Of a DNA stretch of 64,000 nucleotides, positions 17,742-28,023 are shown piece after piece; position 1 is the first letter of the stretch, and each line of letters starts with the position of its first letter. Both the position numbers and the translations under genes were made by a program. Source of the DNA: Lichenicola sp. (GTDB taxonomy: Bacteria; Acidobacteriota; Terriglobia; Terriglobales; Acidobacteriaceae); contig CAZZZP010000004.1 of assembly GCA_964658635.1 (NCBI GenBank), positions 7,088 through 71,087 of the forward strand, in the 5' to 3' direction. A model generated the notes under the pieces. It made no database searches. It was not told the origin of the DNA and saw only the letters and a list, made by a program, of their open reading frames with translations.

Positions 17742-20700
17742 CTACTGCACAACCAGCGTCAGATTCACCCCTCGCACAAGCCCCGCACTCGACCCCGCCA
17801 ACACCAGCGTATAAGTCCCCGAAGGCGTAGCCGATTGAGTCACCGCCTGCGCCGTCGTCGTCCCAGGAACCGTCCGCGCCGCAGTACATGCACCCAAAGA
17901 AAGCACCGCCACCCCCATACAGATCAGCCCGGTCGCCCGCCTCCTCCGTCGTAGAGCCAATCCCACCGGAAGCCCCAGCGCCAGCCACACCCCACCCCTC
18001 TCCCAGGGCCAGCCTTGAGGAGAAAGCCGCGCCCCCGCCTGCCCCGTCGCCACCGTCACCGTCACCACCGAACCCGCACTCACCCCCAGCGGCACACTCA
18101 CAGGATTCACCGCGCACGTCGCAAACGCCGGCGCTCCGGCACAGGTGAACACCGCACTCCCCGGCATCCCCACCGAGCTTCCAAGCACCAAAAGGTAGCT
18201 CGCCGAAGCCCCACTCGCAATCGTCGCACTCATCGGACCACTCGCCGCAAGCGTAAAGTCCACTCCGATCCCCGAAACACCTACCGCCTGCGAACCCCCG
18301 CCAGCCGAATCGCTGAACGTGACCGTTCCCATCTCCGTACCAGCCGTCTGCGGAGTAAAGCTCACACCAACCTCGCACGCCCCACCCGGCGCAAGCGATG
18401 CCCCACACGTATTCGTCACAAGAGTGAAGCCCGTCGTCGCAGCAATCCCCGTAAACGCCAGCGGAATCCCGCCATTGTTGGTCATCGTCAGTACCTGCGC
18501 CGCCGACGCAAGCCCTACCCCGGTCGCCGCGAAACTCAGCCCGTTCACCGGCGAAATCGAGATCCCGGGCGGAGCCAGCCCCGTCCCCGTCAGCGCGACC
18601 GCCTGCGAGCGCGAAAAATCCGAAATCGTCAGTACCCCACTCTCCGCGCCCAGCCGCTTCGGCACATACGCGACCTCAAAGCTGCAGCTCGCATGCCCCA
18701 CCAGCGCAGCCCCGCATCCATTCACCACCGTGAAGTCGCCAGTCACCGCGCCCGCGGTAAGCGTCAAAGACTCATCCCCGACATTCGTCAACACCACCTG
18801 CTGCGCCGCACTCGCAGACCCGATCACCTGCGGACCGAACCCCAGGCTGCTCACCGAAAGCTGGTCCGTCGCTGGGGTCCTGCCCACCCCAAGCAGCCCC
18901 GCAATCTGCGTCCCCGCCGCATCCACCACCGTAAGCGAACCCGTCCTCGTGCCGGACGCAGTCGGCGTGAACACAACCGATACCGTGCACCCGGTCTGCG
19001 ACGCCAGCGTTCCCCCGCAGCTGTTCGCGGTCAACGCAAAATCCCCCGTTACCGTCTCCGACATCAGCCCCGCCGGCTGCCCTCCGAGGTTCGAGATCGT
19101 CACGTTCTGCGCCACGCTCGGCGTCCCCACAGTCAAACGTCCAAAGTCCACGCTCAAAGGCGTAAGCACCACACTCGCCGGACTCGTCGCCACACCACTG
19201 AGCGCGACCGTGGCCTGCCCACCCGCAACATTGCCATAGATCGTCAGCAACCCTGTCCGCGTGCCCACCTGCTGCGGTATAAAGCTCACCGCCACCGAAC
19301 AGTTCCCACCCACCGCGATCGGCGCCCCCGTGCAGTTCTGCGATTCGACGAAATCACCAGCAACCACCACATTTGTAACAGTAAGTGTCGCAACACCCGT
19401 ATTAGTAACCGTAATAGATACAGGTTGACTCTCCGTGCCAACCTGCTGGCTGTTGAACACGATGCTCGTCTGACTTAAACCCATGATCGGTAGCGCCGGG
19501 GAGATCGCCGTCACCAGCGGAATCGACCAGATCCCCCGGCCATAAGTTCCCACCCGCAGCAGACCCGTCCGGCCATCTCCCGTCGCCAGGCCCGCCGAAG
19601 CGACAAGCTTCGTCGCAGGCGCATTCGGCAATCCAGTTCCGTAAACGCTCCAGCACTGACCGCTTCCGCAGCTTGTAACGGAAGTTGTGACGTACACCCC
19701 AGTGTCGTTTGCTACGTACACCGTGTTCGCATCGTTCGGGTCCACTAAAAGATCGTTGGTCGGCGCATTCGGCAGGTTGCCATTGATATTCATCCAGGAA
19801 GCGCCACCATCGGTCGACCGGTAAACGTGCGCCACCGACAACGAGTTCCCGCTAAATCCCATCACCGTCGCATACACCGTCATCCCACTCGCATCATGAG
19901 GATCAACCACGACCGAGGACAAATCGAACCCACTCGGGTTGAATACTGTGCCCGTTGTCCCGCCATTGGATACAGGCGCCAGCGCAGCATCCGTCCATGT
20001 CGTCGCGCCACTCGCAATGTCAGCCGCCGCCGTCGTGAACACATGCCCGCCCAGCGTCGAGCCGCCATCGAGTGCGCCCGCCATCCCCGCATACATCACC
20101 CTCCCGCCGGACGCCGCACCCGGGCCACCCACCGCGAGCGAACGCACCACCGGCGCACTCGTACCGCATCCAGTCGCCAGCGGTGCGTAAAACGGCGCGC
20201 TCACCAGCTCCGCGTTGGTCCACCCTCCGGTCGCCGGTCCACGCCACACCCGGCACGTCCCCGCCACCAGCACGCCGGTCGCGTCGGGGTCCAACAACCA
20301 CGGCGCGTCGATCAACGCATCATCAAAGGCAACGTCCGCCGTCCCGACCGCGGTAGACGTGAAATCGGCGGCCGTGCACGACGAACCCTTCGCGCAGCGC
20401 CCGACATCAATCCCGGCCCCCAGTGAGATCAGCCAGTTCGGAGGCTGCGCCGCATCGATCGCCACCACCCCACCCTCGCCCGCCGCCAACTGCGTCCACG
20501 GCTGCCCGTCAGACACCCCGGCCGACCCCAGCCCACCCAGACCCGCCAGCAGGATCCCGGCATCCCCCGCGTCTGCGGCAAAGCTCACGATCTCCGCCAG
20601 CGAACCCAGTCCCCCATTCAGATTGTCGAAGTGTCCCGCATCACCTGGTGAGCACACGGAACCCGTCTCCGCCGCGCCGTCGATCGAACGCCACAACCCC

Positions 20701-22295
20701 GCGTCCGTCCCGATCAGCAGCGCCCCCGACCCGGTAGCCGCAATCGCGTGCTGCGCAAGCCCCACACCGGCTGGATAAGCACATCCATTCGCCGTGTTCG
20801 TCGTATCGCGCAGCGCACATCCGCCGCTCAACGTGCAGCGGTAAAGATCCTCCGTTCCGGCATACAGGGCGGTATCGCTGCCCACCGGCACCGCTTCAAG
20901 CACCAGGTCGTAGTTCCCCTGCGCGATGGTCGACGCTCCACCGTTCTCGAGCGCCGTGCTTCCGATCCGCGTCCCGAACTGTGCCTCCAGGTTCGCGCAC
21001 ACACTCCCCTGCGCCGCACAGCTATCCCGCCACAGACCCTGGTCGACATCGTTCGCATCGACCGTCAAGGCATACGTATCGCCCGTCGACGGCTGGACCG
21101 CGAGCGCGCCCCGGGATACCGGGCAACTCACAGCGCTCCCCTGGGTCGGACACTGCGCGAGTGTCATCCCCGTCCCCGGCTGCGCACTCAGCCGCACCCA
21201 GTTCTGCCCGTCGATCGACTCGTAATATCCATGCCCCCGCAGCACCGCGAAGAACCGCTGGCGCACCGGGTTCCAGACCACCGCAGTCGCCGCCTGCCCG
21301 CTCGGCACCGCGCTCCCCAGCGTCGACACCTGCTGCACGTTGCCCGTATCGAACACACTCGCCATCTGCCACGTCTGTCCACTGTCCGCAGACATGTACA
21401 GCCCGGTCACACTCGACCCCGACACCGGCGCGTTCACCACATTGCCCTCGGCCGACTGCGTCAGCGCCGCAACCACCACCCCGGGCACCGCGGTCGACCA
21501 CGCAAAACCCGCCACACTCAACCCGATAAAGCTGTGGTGTCCGCTCACCCCGTCGTTCGATCCTGGCGCCATGGTCCAAGTCAGCCCGCCGTCGGCGCTG
21601 CGCAGAATCCCGCCCCCGTAATAGGAATCCGTAGCATCGTTTGGATCGCCCGTCCCCGCCAGCACCACCCCGTTCCCCACCGACACCGCGCCGATGCTCA
21701 GCGAGACCACCACGCTTGAACCCGCATTCTGGCTGTAGACAGGCAGCGTGTCGGTCAGCGGCACAAAAGTCACCGCGGCCGCCGCCGCCATCGCGTTGGT
21801 CGACTTCCAGACCCCGCCTCCGGTCGTCCCCAGGTAAACCGTGTTCCCGCTCGCATCCGCCGGATCGACCGCAATCGACGTCACCCGGCCCGTCACCGCG
21901 CCAAACCCCGGCGTCACCACCTGCGCCGGCCCCAACGGAGTCCACGCGGCGCTCAGGTTCGCCGCTCTAGGCCGCGCCAGCAGCGCCACCTGCTGCGCCC
22001 GGGCACCAGCCAGCAACGTGGCCGCACCATCCCCGGTAACGGAGCCGCGCCCCGCCAGAAACCTTCTCGTCCGCATCGGCATACGCGGAGAAGCCTTCAC
22101 CCGCCCCGGCGCACCCACCCCGGCGCTCACCCGCAAGCCAACGCCTTCCTGCGCACAAACCAGACGCGACGCCACAGCCAGCAGCACCGCCAGCAGCAGC
22201 CAACAGATACGCCGACCGTCTGGCAGTCCTGACACTCCGTCGCTTTCCTGTCTTCGAGGCAAGAGAAATCCACCCGGCAGCAGACTGCGGCTCAC
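17742..22295 (-). CDS. giant secreted/surface protein: BNR (Asp-box) propeller region + about four choice-of-anchor-D-like Ig repeats + C-terminal TM/Arg5 segment and extra tail
   Basis: 1517 aa. Asp-box motifs are present: SADGGLTW, SADSGQTW, SIDGQNW and STDGGASW. Four ~100-aa repeats span aa ~935-1345 with the pattern FG...VG..S....V.TN.G...L......GDF....CG..L....C.V.V.F.P...G. The sequence GGVWLALGLPVGLALRRRRR lies at 17937..17996 and is followed by 64 more residues. Confidence 0.8.
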   Translation of the reverse strand: MSRSLLPGGFLLPRRQESDGVSGLPDGRRICWLLLAVLLAVASRLVCAQEGVGLRVSAGVGAPGRVKASPRMPMRTRRFLAGRGSVTGDGAATLLAGARAQQVALLARPRAANLSAAWTPLGPAQVVTPGFGAVTGRVTSIAVDPADASGNTVYLGTTGGGVWKSTNAMAAAAAVTFVPLTDTLPVYSQNAGSSVVVSLSIGAVSVGNGVVLAGTGDPNDATDSYYGGGILRSADGGLTWTMAPGSNDGVSGHHSFIGLSVAGFAWSTAVPGVVVAALTQSAEGNVVNAPVSGSSVTGLYMSADSGQTWQMASVFDTGNVQQVSTLGSAVPSGQAATAVVWNPVRQRFFAVLRGHGYYESIDGQNWVRLSAQPGTGMTLAQCPTQGSAVSCPVSRGALAVQPSTGDTYALTVDANDVDQGLWRDSCAAQGSVCANLEAQFGTRIGSTALENGGASTIAQGNYDLVLEAVPVGSDTALYAGTEDLYRCTLSGGCALRDTTNTANGCAYPAGVGLAQHAIAATGSGALLIGTDAGLWRSIDGAAETGSVCSPGDAGHFDNLNGGLGSLAEIVSFAADAGDAGILLAGLGGLGSAGVSDGQPWTQLAAGEGGVVAIDAAQPPNWLISLGAGIDVGRCAKGSSCTAADFTSTAVGTADVAFDDALIDAPWLLDPDATGVLVAGTCRVWRGPATGGWTNAELVSAPFYAPLATGCGTSAPVVRSLAVGGPGAASGGRVMYAGMAGALDGGSTLGGHVFTTAAADIASGATTWTDAALAPVSNGGTTGTVFNPSGFDLSSVVVDPHDASGMTVYATVMGFSGNSLSVAHVYRSTDGGASWMNINGNLPNAPTNDLLVDPNDANTVYVANDTGVYVTTSVTSCGSGQCWSVYGTGLPNAPATKLVASAGLATGDGRTGLLRVGTYGRGIWSIPLVTAISPALPIMGLSQTSIVFNSQQVGTESQPVSITVTNTGVATLTVTNVVVAGDFVESQNCTGAPIAVGGNCSVAVSFIPQQVGTRTGLLTIYGNVAGGQATVALSGVATSPASVVLTPLSVDFGRLTVGTPSVAQNVTISNLGGQPAGLMSETVTGDFALTANSCGGTLASQTGCTVSVVFTPTASGTRTGSLTVVDAAGTQIAGLLGVGRTPATDQLSVSSLGFGPQVIGSASAAQQVVLTNVGDESLTLTAGAVTGDFTVVNGCGAALVGHASCSFEVAYVPKRLGAESGVLTISDFSRSQAVALTGTGLAPPGISISPVNGLSFAATGVGLASAAQVLTMTNNGGIPLAFTGIAATTGFTLVTNTCGASLAPGGACEVGVSFTPQTAGTEMGTVTFSDSAGGGSQAVGVSGIGVDFTLAASGPMSATIASGASASYLLVLGSSVGMPGSAVFTCAGAPAFATCAVNPVSVPLGVSAGSVVTVTVATGQAGARLSPQGWPWERGGVWLALGLPVGLALRRRRRATGLICMGVAVLSLGACTAARTVPGTTTAQAVTQSATPSGTYTLVLAGSSAGLVRGVNLTLVVQ

Positions 22296-22483
22296 TTTTC
22301 ACGCGGCCCTGTGAGGCGTTTATCGCCAACAAAGCCCCTTCTCTTCAGCCTTTGTGCTCCCTGGCCCAACGTAACACCGCGCAGCACCAGCCAGAAGATC
22401 GCAAGCCCGGAACGGACACGCAAATCCCTCTTCACGTCCCGATTCGGGAGGGTCCCCCCACCTGGTCCCCGCTCGGGAAGCCT

Positions 22484-23440
22484 CTACCGCGCTCGCCGCT
22501 GCGCCTGTCTCACGTACCACTCCACCGTCCGCCGCAGACCCTCTTCAAACCCGACCTGCGGCTTATAGCCAAACGCCTCGCCCGCCGCAGTAATGTCCGC
22601 CAGAGAGTCCCGCACATCCCCGCGCCGCTCCGGCCCGTACTGCGCCTTACCCTGAAAGTTCAGCAGCTTCGAAAGCACACGATACGTCTCGTTCAGCGTA
22701 TGACGTGACCCGCACGCCACATTGAAGACCCGACCCGCCACCTCGTTCCGGTCCGCATGCAGCGCAAGCAGGTTTGCCTGCACCGCGTTGTCGACAAACG
22801 TAAAATCCCGTCCCTGTTCCCCATCGCCATAAATCATCGGCGACTCCCCACGCATCATCTGCAAAATAAACTTCGCCATCACCCCCGAGTAAGGCGAATC
22901 CGGAACCTGCCGCGGCCCGAAAATATTGAAGTACCGCAGGCACACCGTCTCGAGGCCATACACCCGCCAGTAGCTCTGCATATACAGTTCGCCCATCACC
23001 TTCTGCGCCGGATAAGGCGCAACCGGCATGGGAGTCATCGCCTCCACACGCGGAAACCCCGGCTGATTTCCATAAGCCGAGCTCGAAGCCGCAAACACCA
23101 CCCGCCGGATCCCCGCCGCCCGAGCACCCTCCAGCAGGTTGAACGTCCCATCCACGTTGCACTCGTGGCTCGTCCGCGGATCCTGCACCGACCGCGGCAC
23201 GCTCGGCAGCGCGCCCAGGTGCAGGATGTAGTCCATCCCCTCGCATGCCGCCGCCACGCTCACCCGGTCGCGCAGATCGATCTCGTGCAGGTCCAGCTTG
23301 TCTTTCAACCCGGCCAGATTCTCGATCAGCCCGGTTGAAAAGTTATCCAGCCCACGTACCGTCTCGCCGCACTCCACCAAAGCATGCGCCAGGTGCGACC
23401 CGATAAATCCTGCAACGCCCGTAATCAGATACTTTGCCAA
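22484..23440 (-). CDS. NAD-dependent sugar-nucleotide epimerase/dehydratase (extended SDR)
   Basis: The ORF spans 22484..23494. The likely start is TTG 23440, giving (M)AKYLITGVAGFIGSHL, the canonical Rossmann N-terminus. The YxxxK region and the DNFSTG motif are typical of UDP-sugar 4-epimerases. Confidence 0.85.
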   Translation of the reverse strand: MAKYLITGVAGFIGSHLAHALVECGETVRGLDNFSTGLIENLAGLKDKLDLHEIDLRDRVSVAAACEGMDYILHLGALPSVPRSVQDPRTSHECNVDGTFNLLEGARAAGIRRVVFAASSSAYGNQPGFPRVEAMTPMPVAPYPAQKVMGELYMQSYWRVYGLETVCLRYFNIFGPRQVPDSPYSGVMAKFILQMMRGESPMIYGDGEQGRDFTFVDNAVQANLLALHADRNEVAGRVFNVACGSRHTLNETYRVLSKLLNFQGKAQYGPERRGDVRDSLADITAAGEAFGYKPQVGFEEGLRRTVEWYVRQAQRRAR

Positions 23441-23532
23441 TTTGCCTCGCCCAGGCTCCAGCTTACCAAGCCATGTGCACCATGGCATGAGCAATCTTCC
23501 CTCGCTCCCGCCGGCACCGAAGCCCTACGCTC

Positions 23533-24819
23533 TCACCGTCTTCTTCCCGTTTTACCCAGAAGAAAGATCAACCCGGCCGCAATCATCGAAGGCACCGCCA
23601 GCAGCAGCAGCCCACGCTGATAATCTCCCGTCACCTCCCGCGCCCATCCCATCCCCACCGGCCCAAGAAACCCTCCGCCAATCCCGATCGCCGTCATCGC
23701 CGCATACCCGATCGCCGACGTCCGCCCGGTCAGAAAGCTCGCCGGCAGCGTCAGCACCGGCCCCTGCGCCGCGTTATACGCCAGCATCGCAATCGAAAAC
23801 GCCACCACGCCCGCCACTGGATGCCGCATCAACCCGCCCACCGCGAACGCCGCCGCCATCACCACGCACGGCACCATCACGTGCCACACCCTCTCGCCAT
23901 TCCGGTCCGAGCTCGCCGCGTTCACCAGCATCCCCGCCGCACCCAGCAGTCCCATCCCCGCGATCAGCCAGCCCACCGCGCCGATCGACCACCCCGTCAG
24001 CCCCGTCAGGATCACCGGAGCCGAAAACGACCATCCATAAAGCACCGTCAGCGTACACAGGAAAAAGATCCCCAGCAGCCACACGCGCGCATCGCGCACC
24101 ACCGCCACCACGTCGGCGCCGGTTGTCGTGCTCCGCGTCGCACTAAGCCGCGCCTCTGCCAGCCGTCCCTCAAGCCAGCCCCGCTCCGCCTCATTCAACC
24201 AACCCGCCTCCGCCGGCGTATCCGGCAGATAGCGCCAGAACAGCGCGCTCAGCGCAATCGGCGGAAGCCCCTCCACCAGGAACAGCCACTGCCACCCCCG
24301 CAGCCCAAGCCTCCCGTTCAGCGACAGCAGCCAACCCGCCAGCGAACCCATCACCGTCGAGCTCAGCGGCAACGCAATGTAAAACCGGCTCAGCGTCCGC
24401 GCCCGCCACTCCGGAGGAAACCATTCCGTCAGGTAGTACACAACGCCAGGAAAGAAACCCGCCTCCGCCATCCCCAGCAAAAACCGCATGACATAAAACT
24501 CCCGCGGAGTCCGCACCAGCAGCATCCCCATCGCCAGCAGGCCCCACGTCAGCATGATCCGCGCCAGCCATCGCCTCGCCCCGAAGCGCACCAGCAGCAG
24601 GTTCGACGGCACCTCGCACACCGCGTAGCTGACAAAGAAAAGCCCCGCGCCCAGCCCGTACATCGAAGGCGAAAAATGCAGGTCCTGGTTCATCTGCACT
24701 GCCGCGAAGCTGATATTCACCCGGTCCATGTAGGCCGCGCCATACCCCAGCCCGATCAGCGGAACCAGCCGCCACGAAGCCTTTCGCAGAACACCTGCTC
24801 CAGATCCGCTAAGCTCCAC
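23533..24819 (-). CDS. MFS transporter (ACS/tartrate-transporter-like)
   Basis: 428 aa with 12 hydrophobic segments. The N-terminal YMDRVNISFAAVQMNQDL and EVPSNLLLVRFGARRW motifs are typical of the anion:cation symporter subfamily. Confidence 0.85.
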   Translation of the reverse strand: MELSGSGAGVLRKASWRLVPLIGLGYGAAYMDRVNISFAAVQMNQDLHFSPSMYGLGAGLFFVSYAVCEVPSNLLLVRFGARRWLARIMLTWGLLAMGMLLVRTPREFYVMRFLLGMAEAGFFPGVVYYLTEWFPPEWRARTLSRFYIALPLSSTVMGSLAGWLLSLNGRLGLRGWQWLFLVEGLPPIALSALFWRYLPDTPAEAGWLNEAERGWLEGRLAEARLSATRSTTTGADVVAVVRDARVWLLGIFFLCTLTVLYGWSFSAPVILTGLTGWSIGAVGWLIAGMGLLGAAGMLVNAASSDRNGERVWHVMVPCVVMAAAFAVGGLMRHPVAGVVAFSIAMLAYNAAQGPVLTLPASFLTGRTSAIGYAAMTAIGIGGGFLGPVGMGWAREVTGDYQRGLLLLAVPSMIAAGLIFLLGKTGRRR

Positions 24820-25000
24820 ACTCTCAGCACCAATCGTTGCGATCTAAACCTCCTGAATCGATTGAATATACCAATTGACTCCCATACCGCAAATCTCGCG
24901 AAATACCCCGGAATGAACCTTGTATATTGAAGTTTTCCTACCCTCCGCATCAACGTGCTTTCAGGGATCAGGTCCAATCTAACCTGTGGGGAAGGATGCC

Positions 25001-27772
25001 ATGCTCCAGAATGACAGGGAACGGAATCCGACAGCAGAGGTCACCCAGCGTCAGGACAGCACCTCAGTCTCTAACGGCAGCATCGTCCGGCCCGCAGACT
25101 GGATGTTCCTCCAGCCAAATGTCCTCGACGAAATGCACGACGCCGTCATCGTCACCGACATGGAAGGCTTCATCACCGGCTGCAATCGCGCCGCCCACGC
25201 CATCTACGGCTACTCCGCCGAAGAACTCATAGGCCAGCACATCAAGCTCCTCTACGCCGAGGAAGACCTCGACATCCTCGCAGACGTTAGAGCCAAAGTC
25301 AGCGACACCGGTACCTTCCGCGGCGAGCTCCGCAACATCACCCGCTCCGGCCTCTCCATCTATATCCATCTCGCCATCGCCCTGCTCAAGGGTCCCGAAG
25401 GTCAGCCCGCCGGCATCATCGGCTTTTCCGTCGACGTCACCGGCCAGAAACTCGGCAACCTCGCCATAAAGCGAGGAGACGCAGCAGAGCAGGGAAAGCT
25501 CCGTGCCGAAGCTGAATCCCGAGCCCTGCTTAAAGCCAAGCAGGAGCTCGAGACCTGCAACGATCGCCTCGAAACCATCCTCAGCTGCATGACGGATGGA
25601 CTTGTCGTCTTTGATCGAGACTGGCGCTTTACCTTCGTCAACGCCCAGGCCGCGCGTATCCTCGGTCGACCCGCAGAGAAACTCCTCGGACGCATCCTCT
25701 GGGAGATCTTTCCCGGTGCAGATCACTCCCGCCTATTCCAGGGAATGCTCCGCGCCATCTCCATCGGACAGCCTCTCCACTTCGACGAATTCTATCCCGA
25801 ACCCCTCAACAAGTACCTCGACTGCTACGTCTACCCCACAGCCGAAGGCGTCTCCGTCTACTTCCGTGACATCAGTGAGCGCCAGCAATACGTCGACGCC
25901 GTCCTCGAAAGCGACAGCCGCGCACGCCTCGGCATGCAGGTCGCATCGCTTGCCCTCGCCGATATCGACTACAACACCGGACTCAATCATCTCTCCGCCG
26001 AGGCTGCCCAGCTCTTCGGCCTCGGTGACTTCGCCATCGCCGTTCCCCGCCAGGTCGTCCACGCCACCTTTCACCCCGAGGATCGAGCCGAACTCGAAAA
26101 ACGCATCACCTCCTGTCTCGATCCCGCAGGCACAGGCTGGTTCGCCATGGACCACCGCGTCGTCTGGCCCAACCGGCAGATCCGATGGCTCCGTGTGCGC
26201 AAGCAGGTCTTCTTCACCGGCGAAGGTATCCACGCGCGCCCCGAACGCGCCATGCTCGCCGCCTTCGACGTCACCGCCGAAAAAATCTCCACACAACTCG
26301 TCAGAGAAAGCGAAAGCCGCATCCAGCTCGGCATGCAGGTCGCTGCTCTGGCCATCGCAGACATCGACTACCAGACCGGGATCGTCCATCTCAGCGCAGA
26401 GGCCGCCAGGATCTTCGGCCTCGGCGACTCCACCATGAACGTCTCCCGATCTGTCATTCACAACACCTTCCACCCCGACGATCGCGACGAGCTCGAAAAA
26501 CGCATCAAGGCATGTCTCGATCCCAGGGGCTTCGGCTGGTTCTCCATGGACCACCGCATCACCTGGCCCGATGGGCAGGTCCGCTGGCTCCGCGTCCGCA
26601 AGCAGGTCTACTTCACCGGCTCGGGTGCGGAGAGAAAACCGCAAAGAGCCATGCTCGCCGCACTTGACACCACCACCGAACGAACCGCACTCGACCTCGT
26701 CCGCGATAGCGAACAGCGTTTTCGCACCCTCGCCGAAAGCCTCCCCGAACTCATCTGGGAGACCGACGGAAATGGCGTCAAGCTCTACGCCAACCACCGC
26801 TACCTCGACTACGCCGGCAGCAACTCCATCAAGATGATCGATCAGCAGTGGCTCAGTCTCATCCACCCCGACGATCGCGAGCTCAGCAGCCAGCGCTGGG
26901 AACAGTCTCTCCGCACCGGCGATCCCTACCTCGCCGAGTACCGCCTGCGCCGCACCGACGGACAATACCGGCACTTCCTCGCCCGCGCCCTGCCCGTCCG
27001 CAACGACGACGGTGATATCGAGCGCTGGATCGGCTCCTCCACCGACATCCACGAGCAAAAAATCGCCGAGGAGGCCCTCCGCCGATCCGAAATGGTCGTC
27101 GCCGCAGGCAAGCTCGCCGCCAGCGTCGCCCACGAGATCAACAACCCGCTCACCTCCGTCATCAACCTGCTCTTCCTCCTAGGGCAAAACCCCGCCCTCG
27201 ATCCCGACTCGCGTGCTTATCTCACCACCGCCCAGGAAGAACTCGCACGGGTCACCGAGGTGACCACCCAGTCCCTCCGCTTCCACAAGCAGTCAACCCT
27301 CGCAGAATCAACCAGGATCGACGATCTGCTCGACAGCCTGCTCCGCTTCAAGCAGCGTGTCATCTCCGCATCCGGAATTGACATCGTCCGCGAGTTCCGC
27401 CCCGTCGACCCCATCACCTGCCGCGCCGGAGATCTCCGCCAGGCCCTCGCCAACATCCTCAGCAACGCGCTCGATGCCGCGCCTCTCAGAAGCCGCATCC
27501 GCATCAGGGTTCGACACTCCCCGGATTGGAAAGACCGCACCCGGAAGGGACTCAGGATCACCTTCGCCGATGCCGGTCCAGGCATCCCCACGGATAATCT
27601 CCACCGTGTCTTCCAGGCCTTCTACTCCACCAAGGGCATCACCAGCACAGGCCTCGGCCTTTGGATCGCCCAGGACCTCATCACGCGCTGTAAAGGGACC
27701 ATCTCAATCTCAAGCTCCACTGCACCCGCGCACCACGGAACCGTGGTCTCGATCTTCCTTCCAATCGACTGA
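25001..27772 (+). CDS. soluble multi-PAS sensor histidine kinase
   Basis: The ORF starts at GTG 24986, but ATG 25001 has GGAAGGA just upstream. There are no TM segments. At least four PAS-like modules are followed by a HisKA H-box (AASVAHEINNPLTSV) and HATPase_c motifs (NALDAAP, DAGPGI, GLGLWI). There is no receiver domain and no adjacent response regulator. Confidence 0.88.
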   Translation: MLQNDRERNPTAEVTQRQDSTSVSNGSIVRPADWMFLQPNVLDEMHDAVIVTDMEGFITGCNRAAHAIYGYSAEELIGQHIKLLYAEEDLDILADVRAKVSDTGTFRGELRNITRSGLSIYIHLAIALLKGPEGQPAGIIGFSVDVTGQKLGNLAIKRGDAAEQGKLRAEAESRALLKAKQELETCNDRLETILSCMTDGLVVFDRDWRFTFVNAQAARILGRPAEKLLGRILWEIFPGADHSRLFQGMLRAISIGQPLHFDEFYPEPLNKYLDCYVYPTAEGVSVYFRDISERQQYVDAVLESDSRARLGMQVASLALADIDYNTGLNHLSAEAAQLFGLGDFAIAVPRQVVHATFHPEDRAELEKRITSCLDPAGTGWFAMDHRVVWPNRQIRWLRVRKQVFFTGEGIHARPERAMLAAFDVTAEKISTQLVRESESRIQLGMQVAALAIADIDYQTGIVHLSAEAARIFGLGDSTMNVSRSVIHNTFHPDDRDELEKRIKACLDPRGFGWFSMDHRITWPDGQVRWLRVRKQVYFTGSGAERKPQRAMLAALDTTTERTALDLVRDSEQRFRTLAESLPELIWETDGNGVKLYANHRYLDYAGSNSIKMIDQQWLSLIHPDDRELSSQRWEQSLRTGDPYLAEYRLRRTDGQYRHFLARALPVRNDDGDIERWIGSSTDIHEQKIAEEALRRSEMVVAAGKLAASVAHEINNPLTSVINLLFLLGQNPALDPDSRAYLTTAQEELARVTEVTTQSLRFHKQSTLAESTRIDDLLDSLLRFKQRVISASGIDIVREFRPVDPITCRAGDLRQALANILSNALDAAPLRSRIRIRVRHSPDWKDRTRKGLRITFADAGPGIPTDNLHRVFQAFYSTKGITSTGLGLWIAQDLITRCKGTISISSSTAPAHHGTVVSIFLPID
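25907..26704 (+). repeat. tandem duplication of a 133-codon PAS module inside the kinase gene
   Basis: Unit 1 is 25907..26305 (ESDSRARLGMQVASLALADIDYNTG...LVR). Unit 2 is 26306..26704 (ESESRIQLGMQVAALAIADIDYQTG...LVR). The two are collinear, with most residues and many codons identical. Confidence 0.8.
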
Positions 27773-28023
27773 TTGGAGAACTGAGCGGCTAACGAGATCC
27801 TCGGAACTTACCGGACTATCAGGTCCTCCCGTCGCTCTCATCCCAGTCCTCGGGATCAACCTTGTAGCCCTCAGTCGATAGTCCGGACAACACCTTCCGT
27901 ACTGTGTGCCGTCTCTTCCCTTAGGCAATCGCTCGATACCATTCAACGTGGTCTCTCGGGCAGATCCCACAGGTTATCTGTTTCGCCGTGCTTCCAACGC
28001 ACCCCGGCCCAGGCGGAGTTCCC

